Source: Brevundimonas sp.
Lineage (GTDB): Bacteria; Pseudomonadota; Alphaproteobacteria; Caulobacterales; Caulobacteraceae
Direction of reading: 5' to 3'
Length of the DNA stretch: 64,000 nt
NCBI RefSeq assembly: GCF_016742135.1
Contig: NZ_JACVCG010000005.1
Span: 122,924 to 186,923, forward strand
Position 1 is the first letter of the stretch, and each line of letters starts with the position of its first letter. Shown here piece by piece: positions 18,783 to 27,765 of the stretch. Position numbers and translations under genes: made by a program. The notes under the pieces are model-generated. The model was not told the origin of the DNA and ran no database searches. It saw only the letters and a list, made by a program, of their open reading frames with translations.

Positions 18783-19844
18783 ATGAACGCCCACAGCCCG
18801 ATTTCGCCCGCCAGACCCGCCGGGGCCCTGCCCGGCCTTCTGACCCCGTCGGCGGCCTACAAGCCGTTCCGCTATCCTTGGGCCTTCGACATGTGGAAGA
18901 AGCAGCAGCAGGTCCACTGGATGCCCGAGGAGGTGCCGCTGGGCGAGGACTGCAAGGACTGGGCGGCCAATCTGAGCAGTGCCGAGCGCAACCTGCTGAC
19001 CCAGATCTTCCGCTTCTTCACCCAGGCGGACATCGAGGTGCAGGACAATTACATGGAGCGCTACGGTCGGGTCTTCAAGCCGACCGAGGTCAAGATGATG
19101 CTGGCCAGCTTCGCCAATATGGAGACCATCCATATCGCGGCCTATGCCCTGCTGCTCGAGACCATCGGCATGCCCGAGAGCGAATTCGGCGCCTTCATGG
19201 AATATGAGGCCATGAAGGACAAGCACGACTACATGGGCCAGTTCGGCGTCGAGACGGACGCCGACATCTGCCGCACCCTGGCCATGTTCGGCGGCTTTTC
19301 CGAAGGGCTTCAGCTGTTCGCCAGCTTCGCCATGCTGATGAACTTCCCGCGCCAGAACAAGATGAAGGGCATGGGCCAGATCGTCAGCTGGTCGGTGCGC
19401 GACGAAAGCCTGCACTGCGAGGGCATCATCAAGCTGTACCACGCCTTCAACAAGGAGACGGGCGCGGTCACCAGGGCGGTCGCCGACGACATCCTGCAGT
19501 GCTGCGAAACCGTCGTGACCATGGAGGACAAGTTCATCGACCTGGCCTTCGAAATGGGCCCGGTGAACGGCATGACCCCTGACGACATCAAGGCCTACAT
19601 CCGCTTCATCGCCGATTGGCGCCTGCGCCAGCTGCAGCTGCCGGAGCTGTACGGCGGGTCGCGCGAGAATCCCCTGCCCTGGCTGCAGTCCCTGTTGTCG
19701 GGCGTCGAGCACGCCAACTTCTTCGAGGCCCGGGCCACCGAATACTCCAAGGCCGCGACCCGGGGCTCCTGGCACGGGGCCGACGGCGTCTGGGACAGCT
19801 TCGACCTGATGGTCAAGCGGCGCAAGGAAACGGCCGAGGGCTAG
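18783..19844 (+). CDS. nrdB: class I ribonucleotide reductase small subunit
   Basis: ATG 18783. Ferritin-like R2 features: WMPEEVPLGED, FTQADIEVQDNY, VRDESLHCEG. Confidence 0.9.
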   Translation: MNAHSPISPARPAGALPGLLTPSAAYKPFRYPWAFDMWKKQQQVHWMPEEVPLGEDCKDWAANLSSAERNLLTQIFRFFTQADIEVQDNYMERYGRVFKPTEVKMMLASFANMETIHIAAYALLLETIGMPESEFGAFMEYEAMKDKHDYMGQFGVETDADICRTLAMFGGFSEGLQLFASFAMLMNFPRQNKMKGMGQIVSWSVRDESLHCEGIIKLYHAFNKETGAVTRAVADDILQCCETVVTMEDKFIDLAFEMGPVNGMTPDDIKAYIRFIADWRLRQLQLPELYGGSRENPLPWLQSLLSGVEHANFFEARATEYSKAATRGSWHGADGVWDSFDLMVKRRKETAEG

Positions 19845-19923
19845 CCAGCCCTCGCCGAACCTCCCTGTCCGTGTGACGTCGTCACAATCCCGGTCTAGTC
19901 TGCGGAAAACCCGGGAGGACACC

Positions 19924-20553
19924 ATGGCCGAAGCGATCACCTTCTACACCAACCCCATGTCACGCGGGCGCATCGTCCGCTGGATGCTGGAAGAGGTGGG
20001 CCGCCCCTATGACACCCGGGTGCTGGACTACGGCACCACCATGAAGGCGCCCGAGTATCTGGCCATCAATCCGATGGGCAAGGTGCCGGCCATCGTCTGC
20101 GACGGCGAGGTGGTCACCGAATGCGCCGCCATCTGCACCTTCCTCGCCGACCGCTTCCCCGAGGCGGAGCTGGCCCCGGGCGTAAACGAGGCCGGGCGCG
20201 GCACCTACCTGCGCTGGATGTTCTTTGCCGCCGGCCCGCTGGAGGCCGCCGTCACCGCCCGCTCGCTCGGCCTCGAGCCGCCCGCCGACAAGGCCGGTAC
20301 CGTCGGCTACGGCAGCTATGACGCCATGGTGGATGCGCTCGAGGGTGCGATATCCGGTGAGGGCCCGTGGATCCTCGGCGACCGGTTCAGCGCGGCGGAC
20401 GTCTATGTCGGCTCGCAGATCAACTGGGGCCTGATGTTCAAGAGCCTCCCCGACCGTCCGGCCTTCGCCGCCTATGCCGAACGCCTGCGCGCCCGCCCCG
20501 CCTATGTTCGCGCCACCGAAATCGACGACGCCCTGATACCGAAGGGGGCGTGA
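19924..20553 (+). CDS. glutathione S-transferase family protein
   Basis: N-terminal thioredoxin-like fold motif INPMGKVPAIVCDGEVVTECAAI. ATG at 19924. Confidence 0.85.
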   Translation: MAEAITFYTNPMSRGRIVRWMLEEVGRPYDTRVLDYGTTMKAPEYLAINPMGKVPAIVCDGEVVTECAAICTFLADRFPEAELAPGVNEAGRGTYLRWMFFAAGPLEAAVTARSLGLEPPADKAGTVGYGSYDAMVDALEGAISGEGPWILGDRFSAADVYVGSQINWGLMFKSLPDRPAFAAYAERLRARPAYVRATEIDDALIPKGA

Positions 20554-20563
20554 CGGGGCTGCC

Positions 20564-20645
20564 GGTCCAGGGTTCATCACAGAGACCACAAGGAAGAAAA
20601 GCCACAAAGACCACAGCGAGGGGGTGCGGGGGTCGACGGCGGCAC
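20564..20645 (+). repeat. R1 repeat copy a (GGGTTCATCACAGAGACCAC...AGCGAGGGGGTGCGGGG...GGCGGCAC)
   Basis: 82 nt. About 85% identical by eye to 21375-21456, in the same orientation. Confidence 0.8.
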
Positions 20646-20653
20646 CTTTTCAT

Positions 20654-20710
20654 CTCCTCCCCCTCATGGGGGAGGTGGCGCGCCGCAAGGCGGCGTGACG
20701 GAGGGGGCGG
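20654..20710 (+). repeat. REP-like hairpin unit (CCTCCCCC-tcat-GGGGGAGG, GC hairpin, GGAGGGGGC)
   Basis: Hairpin 20656-20675, then CGCCGCAAGGCGGCG, then GGAGGGGGC. Same architecture as the units at 21567, 42241, 42323 and 56516. Confidence 0.75.
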
Positions 20711-20711
20711 G

Positions 20712-21245
20712 TCAGGGATCGGCCCCGCGGCTCGGGGGGCGGCCCAGCGTGTCGTGATCGGGGGAGAGAGAGTCCGGGAAAACAGACTCCCCTTTCTCCA
20801 CTTTTGCTTCCGGAATGACGGGCGTGCGGGGGGTCTCGCGCGCGGTCCGCAGGGCGTTCAGGCTGAGGGTGTGGCCGGCGTGGCGGCGGTCGGCGGCTTC
20901 GGCGCGGCCTTCGGCCAGGGCCTCGGCCTTCAGCTGGCTGTGGATGCGGGTCCAGCGGACGGCCGCCAGGGCATCGCCGGCATCGAGGGCCATGCAGATC
21001 CGTCGCCAGACCTTGTCGAGCGCGGTCGCCAGATCATCGACAGCCCGGCCCGGGTCGAGCGGGGCCCGAGGGGGCGGCTGATCGCGGCGCAACCAGCCCT
21101 CGCGCGCGGCGCGCTTCCAGAAGGTGGTGGGCGAAATGTCCAGCTCGCGGCACACCCGCTGCGCCGTCGCCCCGGCCTGAAAGGCCTCGCGCGCGACCGT
21201 CCAGAGGTCGTCGGCGGGGGCGTCCGGGAGGGCGGCGGTGGTCAT
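20712..21245 (-). CDS. hypothetical helix-turn-helix protein
   Basis: MTTAALPDAPADDLWTVAREAFQAGATAQRVCRELDISPTTFWKRAAREGW looks like an HTH. No firm family. Bracketed by the R1 repeats. Confidence 0.5.
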   Translation of the reverse strand: MTTAALPDAPADDLWTVAREAFQAGATAQRVCRELDISPTTFWKRAAREGWLRRDQPPPRAPLDPGRAVDDLATALDKVWRRICMALDAGDALAAVRWTRIHSQLKAEALAEGRAEAADRRHAGHTLSLNALRTARETPRTPVIPEAKVEKGESVFPDSLSPDHDTLGRPPSRGADP

Positions 21246-21290
21246 GGCGCCGACGGTGGCACGCGGGTGCGTCAGAAACGGACGGGGGCA

Positions 21291-21329
21291 TTCTTCCCCC
21301 CTCGGGGGAAGTGGCCCGCAGGGCCGATG
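21291..21329 (+). repeat. R2 repeat copy a (TTCTTCCCCCCTCGGGGGAAGTGGCCCGCAGGGCCGATG)
   Basis: 39 nt identical to 21480-21518. Contains two hairpins. Confidence 0.85.
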
Positions 21330-21374
21330 GGGGCTGGGGCGTGCGTCGCGTCTGAGGGCGTTGCTGAGGCTGAC

Positions 21375-21456
21375 GGTCCAGGGTTCTTCACAGAGAACAC
21401 AGCGAAGAAAAGCCACGAAGGACACAGCGAGGGGGTGCGGGGATTGGCGGCGGCAC
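21375..21456 (+). repeat. R1 repeat copy b
   Basis: GGTCCAGGGTTCTTCACAGAGAACACAGCGAAGAAAAGCCACGAAGGACACAGCGAGGGGGTGCGGGG...GGCGGCAC. Confidence 0.8.
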
Positions 21457-21479
21457 GCGGGCGGTTGGCCTGATCATCA

Positions 21480-21518
21480 TTCTTCCCCCCTCGGGGGAAG
21501 TGGCCCGCAGGGCCGATG
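21480..21518 (+). repeat. R2 repeat copy b
   Basis: Identical 39-mer located 189 nt downstream of copy a. Confidence 0.85.
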
Positions 21519-21566
21519 AGGGCTCAGGTGCGCGAGGCGCGTATGCTCCGGAGCAGTGGCGGCGCT

Positions 21567-21611
21567 GCCCCCTCCACCCCTGACGGGGTCCCCCTCCCCC
21601 GATGGGGGAGG
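21567..21611 (-). repeat. REP-like hairpin unit, inverted orientation
   Basis: GCCCCCTCCAC-CCCTGACGGGG-TCCCCCTCCCCC-GAT-GGGGGAGG. Confidence 0.7.
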
Positions 21612-21683
21612 AACCGCGACCATGGCCCAACCCTGAGGAGGTGGGATTTGCCTTCCGCCGGAATCGGGCCTTAGCTGAGCGGT

Positions 21684-22532
21684 ATGGGGCGGATTCTACT
21701 TTCGATATGTGCGGTTCTCGTGGCGGCGGGGCTGGCTGGTGCTTCACCAACGCAGGTTCCGAACCCCAACCCGCTTTATGCCGCGTGCGAAAAGGGTGAG
21801 GACAATCGCCAGTCCGATCTATGCGCCCAGTGGTATGCTGCGGACAGCGCTCACGAGGCCGCCATCTGGACGCGACGGGTAGGCTGGTTCACTGGGATAG
21901 GCTTATTGATCGGAGCCGTGACGATGGGCGCTGCAATAGCTGCCGCCGTGTTCGCCAAGAATGCCGCCGAACACACCAAGAGCAGTGCAGACACCGCTGA
22001 AAGGGCGCTCTCCACCGTGGAGCGGCCCTACTTGGCCATCGAAATCACCAAGTCCGGTGTGGTCTGCAAGGATAGAGGGACTACGTTTGGGAAGGTGCAC
22101 TACATCTTCAAAAATCTCGGGAGAACCCCCGCGATTCTCATACGTCAGCACTTCACATACCGGCGCTCTGATGGCCTTCCCAACCACATCGACCCTATCG
22201 AAACCGTGGGCACTCAGCTTCCCTACGGCATCACGATCGCTAGCGGCGGGAAGTCGGAGAAGTTCAAGACCGGCCACGCTCTTCCGATCACCGCCATGTT
22301 TGAGCAGCGGCGGATGGACGAACCTCGCGGCGATACCCTCTTCCTTCTGGGATTTGTCGTCTACAGGGATCTGGCTGGCAATGAGTTTGCCACAGGCTTC
22401 TGCTTCGCCCACGACAATGAATCCGAGTTCTATCTCGCTAGCCCAAGGCACTGCGGCGCAGAAGGCGACCGGTATAATTATGACCGAGTAATTGCCCAGC
22501 ACGACCGCTCCCTACATGTGCTGAAGGGATAG
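21684..22532 (+). CDS. orphan membrane-anchored hypothetical protein (low-GC)
   Basis: Signal-like N-terminus plus one TM segment (WFTGIGLLIGAVTMGAAIAAAVF). No recognisable domain. A 100-nt sample at 22081-22180 is 53% GC, against 77% at 22601-22700. Confidence 0.6.
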   Translation: MGRILLSICAVLVAAGLAGASPTQVPNPNPLYAACEKGEDNRQSDLCAQWYAADSAHEAAIWTRRVGWFTGIGLLIGAVTMGAAIAAAVFAKNAAEHTKSSADTAERALSTVERPYLAIEITKSGVVCKDRGTTFGKVHYIFKNLGRTPAILIRQHFTYRRSDGLPNHIDPIETVGTQLPYGITIASGGKSEKFKTGHALPITAMFEQRRMDEPRGDTLFLLGFVVYRDLAGNEFATGFCFAHDNESEFYLASPRHCGAEGDRYNYDRVIAQHDRSLHVLKG

Positions 22533-22591
22533 TCGCCAGTCCCCACCCTGTTCCCGTTCCGTTTCCGCGCGGGCGCGGGTAAGGAAGGGCG

Positions 22592-25459
22592 GTGTCCCTT
22601 GTTACCGCCCCTCCTTCGTCGCTGACCCTCGACCTCCCTCCCGCGCTGGCGACTCCGCCCGGGGCGGGGGCGGTGGCGGATGCAAGTGGGGCGCGGGCGA
22701 TCGGGCGGGGGGCGGCCGAGGGCCTGTTCTGTGGCCCGGCGCCGGTGTTGGTCGCCCATGCGGGGCTGACGGCGCGGCGGTTGGGGCTGGAGGCGCCGGC
22801 GCGCGCCCCTCACCTGCTGGATGTGCTGGAGCTGTTTGTGTTTGTGCGGCCGGCGCGGTTCTGTGCGCCGACGCCGACGGGGCTGGCGATTGCGCTGGGG
22901 CTGGATGAGCCGGTCGGGGCGGTGGCCCAGGCCGAGGCGCTGCGCGCGGTGGCCGGGCGGTTGCTGGGCGAGCTCATGGCGGCGGACTATCCGAACCTTG
23001 AGGCCGCCCTGACGCTGAATGCGACGCTGACCCGCGCGGGCTGGAGCTGGGGCGAGCGGGTCGATGCGGCGCTGAGGACCGGGCTGGAGGCGGCGGGCCG
23101 CAGCGTTCGCGATCGGCGTGAGCCGGGCACGGGCCTCGACGTCTGGAACCGGCTGTCGGAGTGGGAGGAGGTTGCGCCGCGTGGCGAGGCCGGATCGCAC
23201 CCGGTCGACAGCGAGAGCGCCCGCATCCGGCTGGATCACATGCTGAAGGGGCTGGGGCTGGATGAGGCGCGGCCCACCCAGTCCGACTATGCCGCCGAGG
23301 CCGCCTTTGCCTTTTCCCCGCGCGACCACAAGGACCAGCCGCGCGCCCTGCTGGCCGAGGCCGGCACGGGTACGGGCAAGACGCTGGGCTATCTGGCACC
23401 CGCCGGTCTGTGGGCCGAGCGCAATCACGGCACCGTCTGGGTCTCGACCTATACCCGCGCCCTGCAGCGCCAGATCGCGCGCGAGGGTCTGGCCCTGCCC
23501 GATCATGAGGGGCAGACGCGGCGGCGGGTGGTGGTGCGGAAGGGGCGCGAAAACTACCTCTGCCTGCTGAACCTGCAGGAGATGGTGCAGCAGGCCCAGC
23601 TGGGCGCGGGCGATGTGGTGGGGCTTGGCCTGACGGCGCGCTGGGCCGGGGCCTGTGCCGACGGCGACATGACGGGCGGCGACTTTCCCGCCTGGCTGCC
23701 GGGGCTGTATGCCGGGCCCGCCACGCACCAGCCGACGCCCGCCAATCTGGTCGATCGGCGCGGCGAGTGCATCCACGCCGCCTGCGCCCACTATCGCCGC
23801 TGCTTCGTGGAAAAGACGGTCCGGGCCGCCCGCCACGCCGATGTGGTGATCGCCAACCATGCGCTGGTCATGGTGCAGGCCGCGTTCGACGGGGCGCGCG
23901 CCGCCCGGCCCGCCGCCACCAGCGACACCGAGACCGCCGCCCTGAAGCGGATCGTGTTCGACGAGGGCCACCACCTGTTCGAGGCGGCTGACAGCGCCTT
24001 TTCCTCCAGCCTGTCCGGTCAGGAAGCCGCCGAGCTGCGCCGCTGGATCCGGGGGCCGGAGACGCGGGCGAGGCGCGGGCGCGGGCTGGAGCAGCGGCTG
24101 GGCGATCTGATCGGCGACGACGGTCCGGCGAAGAAGGCGCTGGGCGATGTGCTGGCCGCCGCCACCCGCCTGCCGGGCGAAGGGGCGCAGGGGCGCATCC
24201 TGCGCGGCGCCGACTCGGGCGCGCCGACCGGGCCGGTCGAGGTGTTTCTGGCGGCCGCGCTGGACCAGCTGCGCGCGCGGGCCGACCCCCGCAGCGGGTC
24301 CGAGGATCAGGGCATGGAGTGCGCCGCGCGGCCGGCCACGCCGGACCTGATCACCGCTGCCGCAAAGGCGGCCGAGGCGCTGGCCGCGGTCGAGGCACCG
24401 CTTCTGGCCCTGTCGCGCCATCTTGAGGATGTGCTGGACGAGGAGGCCGAGACGCTGGACGGCGGCGCCCGGGCGCGGATCGAGGGGGCGCTGCGCGGGC
24501 TGGACCGGCGGGCGCGCATGACCCTGCCGTCGTGGCGGGCCATGCTGAATGATCTGGCGTCGGGGGATGCCGCAGGTGACCCGGAGTTCGTCGACTGGCT
24601 GGCGGCCGAGAGCGCCTTTGGCCGGCTGTCGGATGTGTCGCTGCGCCGGCATTGGGTCGACCCGACCCAGCCGCTGGAAGCCACCGTGATCCGCCCGTCG
24701 CACGGGGTGCTGGTCACCTCGGCCACCCTGACCGATCCGGAGTTCGGCGAGGACCCCTTCCATCTGGCGCGGCTGCGCTCGGCCACCGGACGGCTGGACA
24801 TGCCGGCCCGCACGCTCAAGGTCGAAAGCCCGTTCGACTATGCCAGCCAGTCGAAGGTGATCGTCGTCACCGATGTGCCGCGCGACGATCCGCGCCGGAC
24901 GGCGGCGGCCATGCGGGCCCTGTTCCTCGCCTCGGGCGGCGGGGCGCTGGGGCTGTTTACCGCCATCCGCCGGCTGAAGGCGGTCTATGGCCTGCTGGGG
25001 CCCGAGCTGGGCCGGGCGGGCCTGCCCCTCTATGCCCAGCACATTGATCCGCTGGATGTGGGGGCGCTGGTCGATGTGTTCCGCACCGAGCGCGACAGCT
25101 GCCTGCTCGGCACCGACGCCATCCGCGACGGGGTGGATGTGCCGGGCCGGTCGCTCAGGCTACTGGTGTTTGACCGCGTGCCCTGGCCCCGGCCGGACCT
25201 GCTGCACCGGGCGCGGCGGGAACGGTTCGCCCGGGTGGACGGGTCGGGCGGAGGACGCATCTATGACGATGCGCTCGCACGCGGGCGCATGGCCCAGGCC
25301 TTTGGCCGGTTGATCCGGCGGGCCGATGACAGGGGGGTGTTCGTCATGCTGGACGCGGCCTGCCCCACCCGGCTGTTCGGGGGACTGCCCCCCGGTGTCG
25401 AGGTCGAACGCATGGAGCTGGCCCAGGCGGTGGACCAGGTCGGCGGCTTCCTCGCCTGA
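22592..25459 (+). CDS. DinG/XPD-family ATP-dependent DNA helicase with extra N-terminal domain
   Basis: AAGGAAGGG SD then GTG 22592. Walker A AGTGTGKT, Cys-rich Fe-S region (CIHAACAHYRRC), DEGHH box and C-terminal helicase motifs (GTDAIRDGVDVPG). Confidence 0.85.
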   Translation: MSLVTAPPSSLTLDLPPALATPPGAGAVADASGARAIGRGAAEGLFCGPAPVLVAHAGLTARRLGLEAPARAPHLLDVLELFVFVRPARFCAPTPTGLAIALGLDEPVGAVAQAEALRAVAGRLLGELMAADYPNLEAALTLNATLTRAGWSWGERVDAALRTGLEAAGRSVRDRREPGTGLDVWNRLSEWEEVAPRGEAGSHPVDSESARIRLDHMLKGLGLDEARPTQSDYAAEAAFAFSPRDHKDQPRALLAEAGTGTGKTLGYLAPAGLWAERNHGTVWVSTYTRALQRQIAREGLALPDHEGQTRRRVVVRKGRENYLCLLNLQEMVQQAQLGAGDVVGLGLTARWAGACADGDMTGGDFPAWLPGLYAGPATHQPTPANLVDRRGECIHAACAHYRRCFVEKTVRAARHADVVIANHALVMVQAAFDGARAARPAATSDTETAALKRIVFDEGHHLFEAADSAFSSSLSGQEAAELRRWIRGPETRARRGRGLEQRLGDLIGDDGPAKKALGDVLAAATRLPGEGAQGRILRGADSGAPTGPVEVFLAAALDQLRARADPRSGSEDQGMECAARPATPDLITAAAKAAEALAAVEAPLLALSRHLEDVLDEEAETLDGGARARIEGALRGLDRRARMTLPSWRAMLNDLASGDAAGDPEFVDWLAAESAFGRLSDVSLRRHWVDPTQPLEATVIRPSHGVLVTSATLTDPEFGEDPFHLARLRSATGRLDMPARTLKVESPFDYASQSKVIVVTDVPRDDPRRTAAAMRALFLASGGGALGLFTAIRRLKAVYGLLGPELGRAGLPLYAQHIDPLDVGALVDVFRTERDSCLLGTDAIRDGVDVPGRSLRLLVFDRVPWPRPDLLHRARRERFARVDGSGGGRIYDDALARGRMAQAFGRLIRRADDRGVFVMLDAACPTRLFGGLPPGVEVERMELAQAVDQVGGFLA

Positions 25460-25476
25460 GGGCCTCCTCGCCTGAG

Positions 25477-25911
25477 TCAGGCCTCGAAGGTGACCTCGAT
25501 GCTGTCGGCGCTCTTTCTGGCTTCGCCGTGATAGACGGCCTCGACATTGTTGCCGTCGGGATCCATCAGGAAGGCGGCGAAGTAGCCGGGGTGATAGGCG
25601 CGTTCGCCCGGACCGCCATTGTCCACCCCGCCCGCGCCGAGGCCAGCCTTGTGCCAGGCCTCGACCATGGCCCGGTCCCTGGCCTGGAAGGCCAGATGGT
25701 GACGCCCGGTCAGCTCGCCCGCCGCAGCCTCGCTGTCGGCGGTGGAGACGAACAGTTCATCCACCCAGAAATAGTCCTCGCCCTCCCCGCTGAGCGGAAG
25801 CTCCAGAGCATCGAACAGGGCACGGTAGAAGGTGCGGCTGGCCTCAAGGTCCCGCACCACCAGCTGGATGTGATCGATCAGACGGCCGCGGTACAGGCGT
25901 TGGGTTTCCAT
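25477..25911 (-). CDS. VOC (glyoxalase/bleomycin-resistance) family protein
   Basis: IDHIQLVVRDLEASRTFY...HLAFQA...DPDGNNVEAV. Confidence 0.8.
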   Translation of the reverse strand: METQRLYRGRLIDHIQLVVRDLEASRTFYRALFDALELPLSGEGEDYFWVDELFVSTADSEAAAGELTGRHHLAFQARDRAMVEAWHKAGLGAGGVDNGGPGERAYHPGYFAAFLMDPDGNNVEAVYHGEARKSADSIEVTFEA

Positions 25912-26042
25912 GGCGATCTCCTTCTGCCCTGGAGGAGTCGAACGGACCGGCCGCACGGGCGTTCCCCCCGGGTGACCTGTGCCATCGCTTGACGCGGCGG
26001 AGTTTCGGGGCTTCACAAGCCCATCCCACCCCCGGAGCCGCG

Positions 26043-27095
26043 ATGACTTCTCCCCGCCATTCCCGCCGTGGCCTGTTCATTCCGCTGATCATCGTGCTGG
26101 CCCTGCTGGTCGCCTGGACCGGCTGGTGGTTCGTGCTGACCCAGAGGATCGAGCGCGAGATTCTGACCCGGGCCGAGGGATTGCGGGAGGCGGGCTGGAC
26201 GATCGGGCACGGCCGGATCGCGGTCGACGGCTGGCCCTTCCGCGCCCGGCTGGCCCTCCGGGATGTCGAGGTGATCGCGCCGTCGGGCCACGGGGGCCGC
26301 GCCCGCGAACTGGTGGCCGAGGCCAATGCCTATGCCCCGCTGCACTGGGTGGTGATCGCGCCGGACGGGCTGACGATGGTGCGCGCCGACAAGGGCCGGG
26401 TGTTCGTGCGCGGCGATGCCATCCGCATGAGCGTGCGCGACGTCTCCGAAGCCTGGCCGCAGATGGCGCTGGAGCTGATCAAGCCGACCTTTCGGGCCGA
26501 GCGGGGGGCCGAGCCCTTTCCGATCTCGGCGGCCGAGCGCCTGACGCTGGAAGCGCGCCCCGCGACGGCCCGGCCCCGGGACGCCGAAGCGCCCGCGCCG
26601 GGTCCGGACGATCTCGACGTCCTGTTCCAGATGGTCGAGGGCACGGGGCGGGAGGCAGGCCCCGTCGACCGGCTGACCGGTGAGGGACGACTGAGCGTGC
26701 GCACCGAGGTCACCCTGGAACGCGCCGGGGCCCTGACCGGCATGGACAGCGCCGGGGTCTTCGATACCTGGACCCAGGCGGGCGGACGCTTTGCCAATGT
26801 GCGGGTCGAGCTGCAGTCCGGCGACAGCCGCGCCCTGCTGACGGGCGGACCGCTGGTCGCCGATGAGGACGGGCGACTGACGGGCAGCCTGAGCGTGCAG
26901 GCCGAGCGCGCCGCGCCCGCGCTCGCCGGACTGTCCGGCACAGAAAACGGGGCGGTGGATCGGGCCCAGACGGCGGCGGCGGCAGGGGCCGCGGCCGTGG
27001 CCGAGCGAACCCCCCTGTCCCTGACCCTCGAATTCCGCGACGGGCGCACCTGGCTGGGCCCCTTCACCCTGGCCCCCGCCCCCCGGCTGTTCTGA
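26043..27095 (+). CDS. DUF2125-like membrane-anchored protein
   Basis: N-terminal TM segment. GWTIGHGRIAVDGWPFRARLALRDVEV resembles the alphaproteobacterial DUF2125 family (from memory). Confidence 0.6.
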   Translation: MTSPRHSRRGLFIPLIIVLALLVAWTGWWFVLTQRIEREILTRAEGLREAGWTIGHGRIAVDGWPFRARLALRDVEVIAPSGHGGRARELVAEANAYAPLHWVVIAPDGLTMVRADKGRVFVRGDAIRMSVRDVSEAWPQMALELIKPTFRAERGAEPFPISAAERLTLEARPATARPRDAEAPAPGPDDLDVLFQMVEGTGREAGPVDRLTGEGRLSVRTEVTLERAGALTGMDSAGVFDTWTQAGGRFANVRVELQSGDSRALLTGGPLVADEDGRLTGSLSVQAERAAPALAGLSGTENGAVDRAQTAAAAGAAAVAERTPLSLTLEFRDGRTWLGPFTLAPAPRLF

Positions 27096-27742
27096 TGGCC
27101 GGGAGCGATCTGACGCGGCTGGTGGAGGCCATCGCCGACCTCAGGCCTCCGGCCACCGATGGCGAGGCGATCGCCGATCTGCGCCGGACGCTGACTGCCC
27201 TGCCGCAGGCTCAGAAGGCCACCGTTCGCGCGGTGCTGGGTCGGGTGGAAGGCGCTGCGTCTGGCCCCCTGCATGTGCATGGCGGGCTGTCGGCCCTGCT
27301 GGCGGCTGACCGGTACGGTCTCGGCTTCGAGCGGCTTGCCAGGGCCGAGGACGGGCTGAAACAGGCGGCGGGCGGTGCCCGCGTGCTGATGGATCTGGCC
27401 GGGGTCACGGCCTGGTGGGGGCGGCTGCTGGCGACACCCGACGTCCGGGTGATCGGTGCCCTGCCCGACGATGCCGCCCGCCTGCCCCAGGCCCTGATGA
27501 TCGGGCGCACGCGCCCTGAGCCGACCGGCGATGACCGGACCTTCTGGGTGACCGACTCGCCGATGCCCGAGCCCCGTCTGGTCGAGGTTCTGGGCCTGAA
27601 CGGTCTGGCCGCCGCGCCCCTGATCGCAACCGGCGGCTTGAAGCTGATGATGATCGCGGGCTATGTGCAGGCCGACGACGGGCGGCTGGACGGCCTGCCC
27701 GGCACCCTGACCGGCGTCATCGGCGCCGCGCCCACCTTCTGA
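27095..27742 (+). CDS. conserved hypothetical protein, hisC-linked
   Basis: Start overlaps the upstream stop (TGATG). No motif I can assign. Confidence 0.5.
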   Translation: MAGSDLTRLVEAIADLRPPATDGEAIADLRRTLTALPQAQKATVRAVLGRVEGAASGPLHVHGGLSALLAADRYGLGFERLARAEDGLKQAAGGARVLMDLAGVTAWWGRLLATPDVRVIGALPDDAARLPQALMIGRTRPEPTGDDRTFWVTDSPMPEPRLVEVLGLNGLAAAPLIATGGLKLMMIAGYVQADDGRLDGLPGTLTGVIGAAPTF

Positions 27743-27765
27743 CATCCTGACCCCGCGAGGACCCC

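Noticed and set aside
20554-21620. Possible CRISPR array, because of closely spaced repeats with hairpins.
   Set aside because: There are only two copies of each repeat. Spacing is irregular (189 nt and about 810 nt), the repeats differ in length, one interval contains a gene, and there are no cas genes.
25440-25480. Tandem 11-nt duplication CCTCGCCTGAG at the 3' end of the helicase gene.
   Set aside because: It is very short, consistent with slippage or chance, and has no obvious functional implication.
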